Shown: positions 20,843-30,754 of the stretch, one piece after another
How positions within the stretch are numbered: position 1 is the first letter of the stretch
Layout of the letters: the number at the start of each line of letters is the position of its first letter
NCBI GenBank assembly: GCA_038231435.1
Contig: JBBRLJ010000017.1
Location: 1-64,000 of the forward strand
From: Planctomycetota bacterium
GTDB lineage: Bacteria; Planctomycetota; UBA11346
Reading direction: 5' to 3'
DNA: 64,000 nt
Made by a program: the position numbers and the translations under genes
Notes under the pieces: model-generated
What the model saw: the letters and a program-made list of their open reading frames with translations, nothing else
Databases searched by the model: none
What the model was told of the DNA's origin: nothing

Positions 20843-21583
20843 ATGACCGCCTTCAGCGCCAACCTCAACAAGATCGCCCTGCTGCGCAACACCCGCGACA
20901 ACGGCATCCCCGATCTCGAGCGCTTCGGCGAGCTGTGCATCGCTGCCGGAGCGGATGGCCTCACCGTGCATCCCCGGCCGGATCACCGCCACACCCGCCC
21001 CGCCGACGTCCACGCCCTGCGCGCGCTGACCGCGCGTCGCGGTGTCGAGTTCAACATCGAGGGCTATCCCACCGAGGACTTCCTGTCCCTGACGTGCGCG
21101 AGCCGGCCGCAGCAGTGCACGCTGGTGCCAGACTGGCCGGACCAGCGCACCTCTGACCACGGCTGGGACGCGGCGACCCACCGTGACCTGCTCACCCGGG
21201 TGGTGGCGCGGCTGAAGGCCTGCGGCATCCGCGTGTCGCTGTTCCTCGATCCGCAGCCAGCGCTGATCCCGCACGTCGTCGCCACCGGCGCAGACCGCAT
21301 CGAGCTCTATACCGAACCCTACGCCCGTGCCTTCGCCAGTAGCGAGCGCGCGGCGATGATCGCACGTTACGCGGAGACCGCGCGTCTGGCCCAGGTGGCG
21401 GGGCTCGGCGTCAACGCCGGACATGACCTCAACCTCGAGAACCTGCGGCCCTTCCTCGACGGCGTGCCGGAGGTGCTCGAGGTCTCGATCGGGCACGCGC
21501 TGGTGAGCGAGGCTCTCGAGCTCGGCATCGCCGAGACCGTGCGCCGGTACCACGGCATCTGTCACGCGCCGAGGTCTGCATGA
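20843..21583 (+). CDS. pdxJ: Pyridoxine 5'-phosphate synthase
   Basis: NLNKIALLRN, TVHPRPD.RH, TSDHGW, IELYT, NAGHDLN, EVSIGHAL. Confidence 0.96.
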   Translation: MTAFSANLNKIALLRNTRDNGIPDLERFGELCIAAGADGLTVHPRPDHRHTRPADVHALRALTARRGVEFNIEGYPTEDFLSLTCASRPQQCTLVPDWPDQRTSDHGWDAATHRDLLTRVVARLKACGIRVSLFLDPQPALIPHVVATGADRIELYTEPYARAFASSERAAMIARYAETARLAQVAGLGVNAGHDLNLENLRPFLDGVPEVLEVSIGHALVSEALELGIAETVRRYHGICHAPRSA

Positions 21584-21602
21584 GTGCGGACGCGGGCAGT
21601 TG

Positions 21603-22859
21603 ATGGGACACGAGCCGCCGCCGACTTGGGAGCAGATGCGCGCCAGCGTGCGCGCCGATCTCGACGCGTTGCAGGCCGCGGGCCGGCTGCGCCGCCGGCC
21701 GGTGATCGATTCGCCTGACGGCCGGGTGATCGTGCTGGCAGAGCTCGACGGCCCGGGCTCGGTGAACGGTCGGCGCAAGCTGGTGAACTGGGCGTCGAAC
21801 GACTACCTCGGCGCCGCCAACCGCCTGGCGGTGAAGAACGCGTCGGCGCGCGCGCTGCGCACCTACGGCGCGGGCGCGGGCGCGGCGCGCCTGCTCGCGG
21901 GTGGCCTGCGCTGCCACCGCCGGCTCGAGGAGCGGCTCGCGCACTGGCTCGGCACCGAGGACGCGCTGGTCACCACCACCGGCTTCCAGGCCAACCTCGC
22001 CGCGCTGGTCAGCCTATGCGCGCATCCCGAGGACGTCATCATCCTCGACCGCGCGTGCCACGCCTCGACCTATGACGGCGCGCGGCTCGCCGCCGCCACC
22101 ATGCTGCGCTTCGCGCACAACGACATCCAGGATCTCGCCAAGCAGCTCGAGCGCACCGTAGGTGCGCCGCGCCGCGTGGTGTGCGTCGAGTCGATCTATT
22201 CGATGGATGGCGACGAGGCGCCGGTCGCCGCCATCCACGCCCTGTGCCGCGCCCACGGTGCGCTGCTGGTGGTTGACGAGGCGCACGCGATCGGCGTGGT
22301 CGGCCCTGCCGGCCGCGGCCTGTGCGCCGAGGCCGGCGTTGCGCCCGACCTGCGCATCGGCACCTGCTCGAAGAGCCTCGGCTCGCAAGGCGGCTTCCTC
22401 GCCGGCGACAGCGACCTCATCGAGCTCGCGGTCAATCGCGGGCGCAGCTTCATCTTCTCCACCGCGCCGGTGCCCGCGGCGATGGGGGCGGCGGTCGCGT
22501 CGCTCGACCTCTTGCGCGAGCAGCCGGACCTGCCACGCCAGCTGATCGCCGCCGCCGCCGAGGTGCGCGCCGGCCTGCGCGCGCAGGGCTGGAATGTCCC
22601 CGAGGGCCGCTCACCGATCATCCCGGTGATCGTCGGCGACGAGGCCGCCGCGCTCGACCTGTCGGCGAAACTACGCCTCGCCGGCCATTTCGCCCCCGCG
22701 ATCCGCCCACCCACCGTCCCCACCGGCGCCTGCCGCCTGCGCCTGGCCGTGACCCTCGCCCACCAGGACAGCGACCGCCGCCGCCTGCTCGCCGTAATGG
22801 CCAAGATCCGCGCCGGCGAACCGATCCCCATGCCCGTGGTGAAGAAGAAAGACGATTAG
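21603..22859 (+). CDS. bioF: 8-amino-7-oxononanoate synthase (class II PLP-dependent)
   Basis: SNDYLG, HAS..DG, ESIYSMDGD, VDEAHA, GTCSKSLG, AIRPPTVP. Confidence 0.88.
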   Translation: MGHEPPPTWEQMRASVRADLDALQAAGRLRRRPVIDSPDGRVIVLAELDGPGSVNGRRKLVNWASNDYLGAANRLAVKNASARALRTYGAGAGAARLLAGGLRCHRRLEERLAHWLGTEDALVTTTGFQANLAALVSLCAHPEDVIILDRACHASTYDGARLAAATMLRFAHNDIQDLAKQLERTVGAPRRVVCVESIYSMDGDEAPVAAIHALCRAHGALLVVDEAHAIGVVGPAGRGLCAEAGVAPDLRIGTCSKSLGSQGGFLAGDSDLIELAVNRGRSFIFSTAPVPAAMGAAVASLDLLREQPDLPRQLIAAAAEVRAGLRAQGWNVPEGRSPIIPVIVGDEAAALDLSAKLRLAGHFAPAIRPPTVPTGACRLRLAVTLAHQDSDRRRLLAVMAKIRAGEPIPMPVVKKKDD

Positions 22860-22867
22860 CCCGAGAG

Positions 22868-23253
22868 GTAGGCCGCAGGCCGCAGAGACGAAGCCTCTGA
22901 CCAAACTCATACCCGGGGGCCCCATCGCTCCGCGATGGGGCGGGCGCCGAGGGGTGGTGGGCGGATACAATCGGCGCAGCCGATCCGCCCACGATCTCGC
23001 CGTCCGCGGCGAGATCGAACCCCGACAAAGCCCGTGGGGTAGGCCGCCAGGCCGTAGGGGCGAAGCCCCTGGAGGACGAAGCCTCTGATCATTCAACCGG
23101 GGGCCCCATCGCTCCGCGATGGGGCGGGCGCCGAGCTGCGGTCGGCGGATACAATGGGCGCAGCCCATCCGCCGATTTTTTCGCCGGTATGGCGAAAAAA
23201 AGCAGCGACAAAGCCCGTGGGGTAGGCCGCAGGCCGTAGGGGCGAAGCCCCTG
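22868..23253 (-). repeat. Family A structured REP-like elements (two full diverged copies plus a fragment) between convergent bioF and xerC
   Basis: Copies at about 22914-23072 and 23098-23253 share the family A scaffold but have different stem sequences. Confidence 0.9.
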
Positions 23254-23258
23254 GAGGA

Positions 23259-24194
23259 CTAAGCCCTTGGATGCGCCTTCCGATAGACCTCGCGCAGCGC
23301 CTCGATGGTCAGGTGCGTGTAGATTTGCGTGGTGTTCAGGCTCGCATGCCCGAGCAGCTCCTGCACCGCGCGGATGTCCGCTCCGGCGCGCAGCAGGTGG
23401 GTGGCGAAGCTATGGCGCAAGGTGTGCGGGCTGGTCTTGGGCGCGAGTCCCGCGAGCGCGATGTGCCGCGCGAGGATGCGCCGCACGTCGCGGTCGGCGA
23501 GACGCTTGCCGCCCTTGCGCTTGGCCGACTTGATGCTCAGGAAGGTGCCGCGCGCGTCGCTCGCGCGTCCGTGCGCCTGGTCGCGCGCGCGCTGGTAGCG
23601 CTCGAGTGCGCGCACCGCCGGCACGCCGAGCGGCGCGAGCCGCTGCTTGCGACCTTTGCCCTGTACGATCGCCACGCCGCCGATCAGGTCGATGCGCGCG
23701 TCGTCGAGCGCGACCAGTTCGCCGACGCGCATGCCGCTGCTGTAGAGCACCTCGAAGATCGCGCGGTCGCGGCAGGCGCATTCATCGTCGCCCTGGGGCG
23801 AGCCGAGCAGGCGCTCGACGTCCTCGGTCTCGAGATAGTGCGGCAGCTTCCGCCCGACGCGCGGCGCGCGCAGGAGCGCCGCGGGATTCGCCGCCAGGCG
23901 CTCGCTGGTCGCGAGATAGCGCCCGAATGCGCGCACGCACGCCACCGTGCGCGCCACGCTCGCCGCCGCCAACGCGCCGCTCGCGCGATCCGCGATGTAC
24001 GCGCGCAGCACCTGTGCCCCCAGTGCTTCGGCCGACGCCACCTCGGGAGCCTGTTTGGCGATCCACCCCAGCAGTTCGTCGAGCTCGCGTGCGTATGCCC
24101 GCAGCGTGTGCACGCTCGCCTGCCGCGCATCGCGCAGATGCGCGAGGAAAGCCGCCACCGCCTCGCCGAGCGTCTCCGCCATCGCCATCGCCAT
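23259..24194 (-). CDS. xerC: Tyrosine recombinase XerC/XerD
   Basis: R (LYSSGMR), K (GKGRKQR), [24 protein letters not shown]-terminal SAM-like domain. Confidence 0.88.
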   Translation of the reverse strand: MAMAMAETLGEAVAAFLAHLRDARQASVHTLRAYARELDELLGWIAKQAPEVASAEALGAQVLRAYIADRASGALAAASVARTVACVRAFGRYLATSERLAANPAALLRAPRVGRKLPHYLETEDVERLLGSPQGDDECACRDRAIFEVLYSSGMRVGELVALDDARIDLIGGVAIVQGKGRKQRLAPLGVPAVRALERYQRARDQAHGRASDARGTFLSIKSAKRKGGKRLADRDVRRILARHIALAGLAPKTSPHTLRHSFATHLLRAGADIRAVQELLGHASLNTTQIYTHLTIEALREVYRKAHPRA

Positions 24195-24256
24195 AGCGTA
24201 CGACGGTAGCGGTGGGGAAACAGAGGAGCGGAGAGGTTGAGCGGGAAAGCGGAAGC

Positions 24257-24291
24257 GAAGAAGGGGGAAGATCGAAGCGGGAAGACAGAAG
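24257..24291. repeat. Degenerate heptamer repeat (GAAG with period 7)
   Basis: GAAG starts at 24260, 24267, 24274, 24281 and 24288. Confidence 0.6.
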
Positions 24292-24360
24292 GCCAAAGAC
24301 CGATACGTCACTGGCCGCGCCAACACGCGAGCTGAGTTCTACCTCCCCACGTCCCTCGAC

Positions 24361-24477
24361 GATCGGGTGGGGGCAGTCCCGGAGGGACTGGCGTTGGGGG
24401 GCGAAGCCCCCCAGTTGCAGGACATTCCCGATCGCGCAGCGATCAGAGCGGCCGCAGGCCGCGCCGCGCAGCGGCGC
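24361..24477 (+). repeat. Array of five short hairpins, each with a GNA triloop
   Basis: CAGTCCC-GGA-GGGACTG; TGGGGGGC-GAA-GCCCCCCA; GATCGC-GCA-GCGATC; GCGGCC-GCA-GGCCGC; GCGCCGC-GCA-GCGGCGC. Confidence 0.8.
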
Positions 24478-24485
24478 AGGGACCA

Positions 24486-25556
24486 TCAAGACAGCAGCGG
24501 GTCGATGGTGTTCAACTGCCCGCAGTGGACGCACACCACGCTGTATGCCTCGGGCTTGTTCACCACCGCGAACGTCTTGCCGCACGAGGCGCAGCCCACC
24601 GCGCGGCTGTTCTCCGGGTGTGCGGCGCCAGCCGGGGGATTGGTGCGGGTGATGCGCTCGGTGCCGGTGACGGTGCGGCGCAGGCGGGTGGTGACCGGAG
24701 CGAGCGGCTTGGAGGGGGGATTCGCCTGGCCGGGCGAGGCGTTGGGCCTGGGCACCGGGATGGCCTCGGGAGCGACCGGGATCGCGGCTGGCGGGCGCTG
24801 CTGGCGGTCGGTGGTCGGACGGGACTCGCGGCCGGTGCCGGGCCGGTATTCCGGCCCCGTCGGCGGCTTCTGTCCACTGGCAAGGGGGGCATCGCTGGAA
24901 TTGTGCGAGTACGACTGCACCTGGCGGCGGGGCAGGCGATCGGAGCCCTCGTCGAAGGGCAGCGGCGAGGGGTACTGCATGCTGGATGCCTCGGGCGCGG
25001 CTGGCGCAGTGGGTGGAGCATCGCGCCGCTCGAGCCCGGCGCTCATCGGCCCCGGTTCGCGGCGGATCGACGCGGTCTTCACATCGGCGGCGCGCACGGT
25101 GCGCGACGTGCCGAAGAACGGCTGTTCGGTCTTGCTGGTGCCGGGCGACGCGCGTTTGCGGCCGCGAGTGAGGGTGACGATCTCTTCCAGCTTCTGTAGG
25201 TCCGCCGGCTTGTCGACGATCGCCAGGCAGCCGACGCGGTCGGCATCCTGGCGCAGGGTGGGATGCATGGCTGCATAGGCGGTGCACACCACCACCTCGA
25301 TCGGCTCCTGCCGGCGCCGCAGCTCCTTGAAAAGCGTGAGGCCGTCCAGGCCCGGGACGTTGAGTTCGCTGATCACCAAGTCGTAGGGATCGTTGGCGGC
25401 GCGCCGGCGCACCACCGAGGCCAGCGCCTCCTTGCCATTGCCGATGGTGGCCACCCGATGCTTGCGCGAGAGCAGGAATTCGGTGAGGAACAGCACGCTC
25501 TCCGGGCGGTCGTCGACCACCAGGATATGCAGTGATGTTTGCAGGGAGGTGTCCAC
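24486..25556 (-). CDS. Atypical response regulator: receiver domain, long Pro-rich linker and C-terminal CxxC..CxxC zinc ribbon
   Basis: ILVVDD, LVISELNVPGLDG, CTAY and DKP; C-terminal CASC...CVHC. Confidence 0.85.
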   Translation of the reverse strand: MDTSLQTSLHILVVDDRPESVLFLTEFLLSRKHRVATIGNGKEALASVVRRRAANDPYDLVISELNVPGLDGLTLFKELRRRQEPIEVVVCTAYAAMHPTLRQDADRVGCLAIVDKPADLQKLEEIVTLTRGRKRASPGTSKTEQPFFGTSRTVRAADVKTASIRREPGPMSAGLERRDAPPTAPAAPEASSMQYPSPLPFDEGSDRLPRRQVQSYSHNSSDAPLASGQKPPTGPEYRPGTGRESRPTTDRQQRPPAAIPVAPEAIPVPRPNASPGQANPPSKPLAPVTTRLRRTVTGTERITRTNPPAGAAHPENSRAVGCASCGKTFAVVNKPEAYSVVCVHCGQLNTIDPLLS

Positions 25557-25670
25557 GGTCGTTGTCTTTCATTACCCCCGTTGGGGGGCAAAAGCCAGCG
25601 CCAGATAGCGGGTTTTGCGCTGGTCGAGCGCACGCGCTTGCACCGCGGCGCGCCGCGCGAACCATGCGCC

Positions 25671-26444
25671 ATGCCATCGCGTCGGGTGATCTTGGTGATC
25701 GTGGTGGGGGTGACCCTGCTGTTGGCGACCACCCACCTCGGATCGTGGGCCTGGGGCAAGCTGGCGCGTCTGGTCAGGCCAGTCCAGAGCGGCCTCGCCC
25801 CCCACCCCGGTCCGGCCGACGACGAGGAGATCGTCACCTTGCGTGAGCAGGTGATCCGGTTGAACGCCGAGAACGTGGTTCTGCGCACGCGGCTATCCGA
25901 ATACCTGTCCATCAAGGGTGAGGGCGGCGTGCCTCCGGACCAGGTGGTGGTGGTGCGCGCGCGCGTGATCGCACGCACCCAGCGCGCTGGCCGGCGTTAC
26001 TGCGAGCTCGACGCGGGCGCGATCGATGGCGTGGTCAAGGGCCTGCCGGCATGCAGTGGCTGGAGCCTGGTCGGGGTGGTCGCCGGCGTGCAGGACGGCC
26101 GCTGCCTGGTGCAAGAGATCTCGGACGTCGAGAGCCGCATCCCCGCCGCGATCATCGACGGCAAGCAGAAAGTCGCCGAAGGCGTCATCGCCGGCACCGG
26201 CAAGCCGCGTTCGCTCGCTCTGGACTTCGTCGAGGACCACGAGGGACTCGACATCACCACCGGCATGCAGGTGGTCACCGCGGGAGCCGACGGCCGCTTG
26301 CCGGCCGGCCTGGTGCTCGGCCAGATCACCTCCGCCACCCGCGCGGGGACGTCGGGGCATTGGCAGATCGGCGTCGAGCCGCTGCGCGATACCGCCAACG
26401 TCGAATCCCTGGTGCTCATCAAGTTCGCCGCCGCCACCCGCTGA
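25671..26444 (+). CDS. mreC: Rod shape-determining protein MreC
   Basis: N-terminal TM, coiled coil 'LNAENVVLR', ARVIAR, LDAG..DGV..G, VVTAGADGRLPAGLVLG. Confidence 0.85.
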   Translation: MPSRRVILVIVVGVTLLLATTHLGSWAWGKLARLVRPVQSGLAPHPGPADDEEIVTLREQVIRLNAENVVLRTRLSEYLSIKGEGGVPPDQVVVVRARVIARTQRAGRRYCELDAGAIDGVVKGLPACSGWSLVGVVAGVQDGRCLVQEISDVESRIPAAIIDGKQKVAEGVIAGTGKPRSLALDFVEDHEGLDITTGMQVVTAGADGRLPAGLVLGQITSATRAGTSGHWQIGVEPLRDTANVESLVLIKFAAATR

Positions 26445-26532
26445 TGCCCGCTGCGCGGCATTGCCGCGCCGGCAGGGACGTGGCGCTGAGGTCGTGGTTG
26501 CTCCCCAGGTAGGTAAACGTTACGGTGGAGGC

Positions 26533-28059
26533 ATGCGCCTGCCCATCCTCGCCGTGATGATCGTGTCCATCGCATCCATCGCGAGCGCGCCGCTGCACGC
26601 CGAGAGCCGCCCGGACACCCCGGTGCTGAAGGACGCGTACGCGGTACTGCGCATCGAGGACGCGAAGTGGCTCGACCGCCAGGCGACGCAGCTGGCCGCG
26701 TCCTGTGGCCAGGATCCGGCGCCCACGCGGGAGCGCATCGCGCGCGCCCTGTTCTGCAGCGCGTCGTTCGCCGGCGTCGATCTCCAGCGCGCTAGCCTGC
26801 TCGCTTGGAGACCAGGCAAGTCCGGGTTGGTGGCGGTGATCCCGGTGTCGAACCGCCGCGCCTTCGTCGACAACTTCGGCGCGATGCCCCCCGGCGAACC
26901 GCCGCTGGTGCGCGTCGGCGACCGCGAAGGCACGGTGATCTATTCGCAGAACCGCATAGGCGGCAAGGAGGAGTATCGCCTTTTGGTCAGCGATAACACC
27001 GCGTACCTGGCGCGCAGCAGCGACGAGTGCCGCCAGCTCGCCTCGCATCCGCTGACCTCGTCTGGCGACGACTGCGCCGTCGGTTTCACCGCCTGGGGTC
27101 CCTTCGCGACCGATCTGCCGATGGGCGTGAACCTCGAGTTCCCAGCCATCGAGCGCCTGCGACCGTCCGCGCTCGCGCGTTCGGTCACCGACGCGATCGT
27201 CGAGCAGGCGCGCGCGGGGCTGCTTGGCCAGGTGTCATCATGGTCGTGGCAGCTGCGTTCCGCCGGCACCGGCGGAACTTTCTCGGCGACGCTGAAAGCA
27301 GTGCCGGATTCACCCTTGGCGGAATGGATGCGCGCGCAGGCGAACCAGGGCAGCCGAGTCGCCGCCGCGCTGACCACCGCGGACACCGCCTTCGTGGTCT
27401 CGGGACAGCTGGCGTGGCAGGGTCAGTGCGACGCGTTGGGGCAGCAGCTCGCGACGACGCTCAAGCCCGCCCACGCCGCCGCGTGGACGCCGGCCATCGA
27501 CGAGTCGTGGCGGTCGTGCTGGAGCATGCTCGATCGCACCGGGGCGTTCGCCTGGGGCGTCGACCTTCGTGGCGATGGCAGCTCGGTGTCGTCGCTGGTG
27601 ATCGAACAGCCCCAGGCCGAGAGCTTCACCGACCACGCGGCGGCATTGCAATCGGCGTTGGGGGATCGCACGGCGCAGAGCGAGCCGGCGTTGCCGGGGT
27701 TCGTCCTGCGTGGCACGGAGACGCCGCCGCGCACGCTCGCGCTCGCGAGCGCAGACCGCTATGTGATCGAGGTCGAGAGCGCCGATGCCGATGCGTCGGC
27801 GGCGGCGGCAGCGGTGGCTGGCCGGCTCGGCGGCGCGAGCGCGCCGAGCGGGCCGACCGGCGTGCTGGTGGCGACGCTCGACCTGACGCGCATCGTGCGC
27901 GATGTGTTCAAGGATCGCCTTGAGCCGGATGGAACGCTGCCCATGGTCGCGATCTCGGCGGTGGTCAAGGTGGGGCACGATCAGATCCATCTCGACGCGA
28001 GCCTGCCCGTGACCGATGCGTCGCAGCTCCTGAACAAGGTGGGCTGGAACCTCAAGTGA
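26533..28059 (+). CDS. Exported hypothetical protein
   Basis: Signal peptide MRLPILAVMIVSIASIASAPLHA; long open frame; no recognised motif. Confidence 0.7.
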   Translation: MRLPILAVMIVSIASIASAPLHAESRPDTPVLKDAYAVLRIEDAKWLDRQATQLAASCGQDPAPTRERIARALFCSASFAGVDLQRASLLAWRPGKSGLVAVIPVSNRRAFVDNFGAMPPGEPPLVRVGDREGTVIYSQNRIGGKEEYRLLVSDNTAYLARSSDECRQLASHPLTSSGDDCAVGFTAWGPFATDLPMGVNLEFPAIERLRPSALARSVTDAIVEQARAGLLGQVSSWSWQLRSAGTGGTFSATLKAVPDSPLAEWMRAQANQGSRVAAALTTADTAFVVSGQLAWQGQCDALGQQLATTLKPAHAAAWTPAIDESWRSCWSMLDRTGAFAWGVDLRGDGSSVSSLVIEQPQAESFTDHAAALQSALGDRTAQSEPALPGFVLRGTETPPRTLALASADRYVIEVESADADASAAAAAVAGRLGGASAPSGPTGVLVATLDLTRIVRDVFKDRLEPDGTLPMVAISAVVKVGHDQIHLDASLPVTDASQLLNKVGWNLK

Positions 28060-28208
28060 TGCGCGAGTAAGCTCGCTCCGAGCTCAAGACGGCGTGGTCA
28101 CGGCTTCTAGATCAGCGAGTCGCCTCCGCCGGCAGGATCTTTTCGATTGGCGTGATCCCATCGTCTGGCTATGACCCCGCTCGCCCGCGCTGGGCCCGGA
28201 GGTGGATC

Positions 28209-29453
28209 ATGTCCAAGACCAAGCACAAGGTGGCGATGCTGACGGCCGGCGGGCTCGCGCCGTGCCTGTCCTCGGCGGTGGGCGGCCTGATCGAACGCTA
28301 TGACGAGATGGCGCCTGAGGTCGAGATCGTCGGCTACCTCGGCGGCTACAAGGGTCTGCTGCTGGGCGAGAGCATTGTCGCCGGCGCCGAGGTGCGCGCA
28401 CACGCGGGGGTCCTCCACGCGCACGGCGGATCGCCGCTGGGCAACAGCCGGGTGAAGCTGACCAACGTCGCCGATTGCGTGAAGCGTGGACTGGTGAAGG
28501 AAGGCCAGGATCCGCTCAAGGTGGCCGCCGAGCGCCTGACCAGCGATGGCATCACCATCCTGCACACCATCGGTGGCGACGACACCAACACCACCGCGGC
28601 CGACCTGGCGAAATATCTCGCGGCCAACGGCTACCAGCTGACCGTGGTCGGGCTGCCCAAGACCATCGACAACGATGTGGTGCCGATCCGCCAATCGCTC
28701 GGGGCGTGGACCGCCGCCGAGCAGGGCGCGCGTTTCTTCGCCAACGTCGTCAACGAGCAGTCGGCGAATCCGCGCATGCTGATCGTCCACGAGGTCATGG
28801 GCCGCAACTGCGGGTGGCTCACCGCCGCCACCGCGCGCGAGTACCGCACCTCGCTCTCCGGCCAGCACTTCCTGCCGGGCTTCAACCTCACGCGCCTGCA
28901 CATGGACATCGACGCGGTCTACATCCCCGAGATGGAACTCGACGTGCAGGCCGAGGCGAAGCGCCTCAAGCAGGTCATGGACCGCAAGGATTGCGTCAAC
29001 ATCTTCGTCGCCGAAGGCGCGGGCGTCGAGAACATCGTGCTCGAGATGCAGTCGCGCGGCGAGGCCGTCGACAAGGATGCCTTCGGGCACGTCAGGCTCG
29101 ACAAGGTCAATGTCGGCGGCTGGTTCTCGAAGCAATTCGCCAAGCTGCTCGGCGCCGAGAAGACGCTGGTGCAGAAGAGCGGTTACTACGCGCGCGCCGC
29201 CGCCTCGAACCCCGAGGACCTGGGCCTGATCAAGAGCATGGTCGACCTCGCGGTCGATTGCGGTCTGCGCGGCGAGAGCGGCGTGATCGGTCACGACGAG
29301 GGCCGCGGCGGCATGCTGCGCGCCATCGAGTTTCCGCGCATCAAGGGCGGCAAGCCGTTCGACTTCACCGTGGCGTGGTTCGACGAGCTGCTCAAGGGCA
29401 TCGGCCAGCCAGCCGGCCGCAAGGTGGTGGTGAAGCACGGGGACGCGGAGTAG
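28209..29453 (+). CDS. pfp: PPi-dependent phosphofructokinase (Propionibacterium/clade P type)
   Basis: LTAGGLAPCLSS, GGDDT, PKTIDND, MGRNCGWLTA. Confidence 0.95.
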   Translation: MSKTKHKVAMLTAGGLAPCLSSAVGGLIERYDEMAPEVEIVGYLGGYKGLLLGESIVAGAEVRAHAGVLHAHGGSPLGNSRVKLTNVADCVKRGLVKEGQDPLKVAAERLTSDGITILHTIGGDDTNTTAADLAKYLAANGYQLTVVGLPKTIDNDVVPIRQSLGAWTAAEQGARFFANVVNEQSANPRMLIVHEVMGRNCGWLTAATAREYRTSLSGQHFLPGFNLTRLHMDIDAVYIPEMELDVQAEAKRLKQVMDRKDCVNIFVAEGAGVENIVLEMQSRGEAVDKDAFGHVRLDKVNVGGWFSKQFAKLLGAEKTLVQKSGYYARAAASNPEDLGLIKSMVDLAVDCGLRGESGVIGHDEGRGGMLRAIEFPRIKGGKPFDFTVAWFDELLKGIGQPAGRKVVVKHGDAE

Positions 29454-29533
29454 GCACGAGCCGAGCCTTGTCGGGTCGGGCTCGGCGGTGATCATGCCGC
29501 CGGTCCGCCAGCCCCACCCGTCCAGGAGCCCCC

Positions 29534-30754
29534 ATGCCAACCCCCGGCGCCGTCGTCATCGGTCAATCTGGCGGCCCCACCGCCGTCATCAACCAGACCC
29601 TGATCGGCGTGGTGAAGGCGTGCCTGGCGCAGCCGCAGACCTTCACCCGCGTGCTCGGCGCCATCCACGGCATCCAGGGCATCATCGATGGCGCGTTCTG
29701 CGATTTCGGCCAAGAGGATGCGGCGAACCTCGAAGTGGTCGCGGGCACGCCTTCGGCCGCGTTGAAATCGGTGCGGCTTAAGCCCACGCCCGAGGTGTGC
29801 GCGAAGGTATTCGAGCGCTTCAAGCAGTTCGGCGTGCGTTCATTCTTCTATATCGGCGGCAACGACACCGCCGAAACCACCAACATCATCAACGAGATGG
29901 CGCACCAGGACGGCTACGACCTGGTGTGCTTCCACTGCCCCAAGACCATCGACAACGATCTGATGGTCACCGACCACTGCCCGGGCTACGGCTCGGCGGC
30001 CAAGTTCGTCATCCAGGCGTTCATGGGCGACAATCTCGACAATCGTTCGCTCAGCGGCATCAAGGTGAACGTGGTGATGGGTCGCAACGCCGGCTGGCTG
30101 ACCGCAGCGGCGGCGCTCGCGCGCGTCTTCCCCGACGATGGCCCGCACCTCATCTACTGCCCCGAGGCGGATTTCTCGCTCGAACGATTCGGCGCCGACG
30201 TGCTCGCGGTATACAAGCGGCTCGGGCGCTGCGTCATCGCCGTCTCCGAAGGCATCCACGGACCCGGCGGCAAGGAGATCATTGACCTCGGCGAAGTCGA
30301 TTCGCACGGCAACAAGCAGCTCTCGGGATCCGGTGCGCTCGGAGATTTCCTCGCCGGCAGGCTGAAGGAATATTTGGGTAAGGCGTGGCCAGAGAAGAAG
30401 CACCGCATCCGCGCCGACACCTTCGGCTACCTGCAGCGCTGCTTCCCTGGCGTGGTCAGCGACGTCGACGCGGCTGAGGCACGGCGCGCTGGCGAGGCGG
30501 CGGTCGCGGCCGCCCTCGCGGGCACGCGCAGCGGTTCGATCGCGTTCCGTCGCGCCGCCGGAGCCTCCTACGCCGTCGAGACTTTCGTGACGCCGCTGCC
30601 GACGGTCGCGAAGGATACCAAGCCGATGCCGCGCGATTGGCTGAACGCAGACGGCAACGACGTGGTGGCGACGAAGCTGGTGCCATACCTGCGGCCGCTG
30701 GTGGGGACGCTGCCTGCCATCGGCCAGTTGTCTCTCACGGTCGCGAAGACGTGA
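29534..30754 (+). CDS. Second phosphofructokinase, predicted PPi-dependent (QSGGPT type)
   Basis: GQSGGPTAVIN, GGNDT, PKTIDND, MGRNAGWL, GYLQR. Confidence 0.92.
   Translation: MPTPGAVVIGQSGGPTAVINQTLIGVVKACLAQPQTFTRVLGAIHGIQGIIDGAFCDFGQEDAANLEVVAGTPSAALKSVRLKPTPEVCAKVFERFKQFGVRSFFYIGGNDTAETTNIINEMAHQDGYDLVCFHCPKTIDNDLMVTDHCPGYGSAAKFVIQAFMGDNLDNRSLSGIKVNVVMGRNAGWLTAAAALARVFPDDGPHLIYCPEADFSLERFGADVLAVYKRLGRCVIAVSEGIHGPGGKEIIDLGEVDSHGNKQLSGSGALGDFLAGRLKEYLGKAWPEKKHRIRADTFGYLQRCFPGVVSDVDAAEARRAGEAAVAAALAGTRSGSIAFRRAAGASYAVETFVTPLPTVAKDTKPMPRDWLNADGNDVVATKLVPYLRPLVGTLPAIGQLSLTVAKT

Noticed and set aside
23259..24194. Tyrosine recombinase as a prophage, ICE or integron integrase
   Set aside because: Size and motifs fit chromosomal XerC/D. 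There is no arm-binding domain, cargo, att duplication or cassette array.
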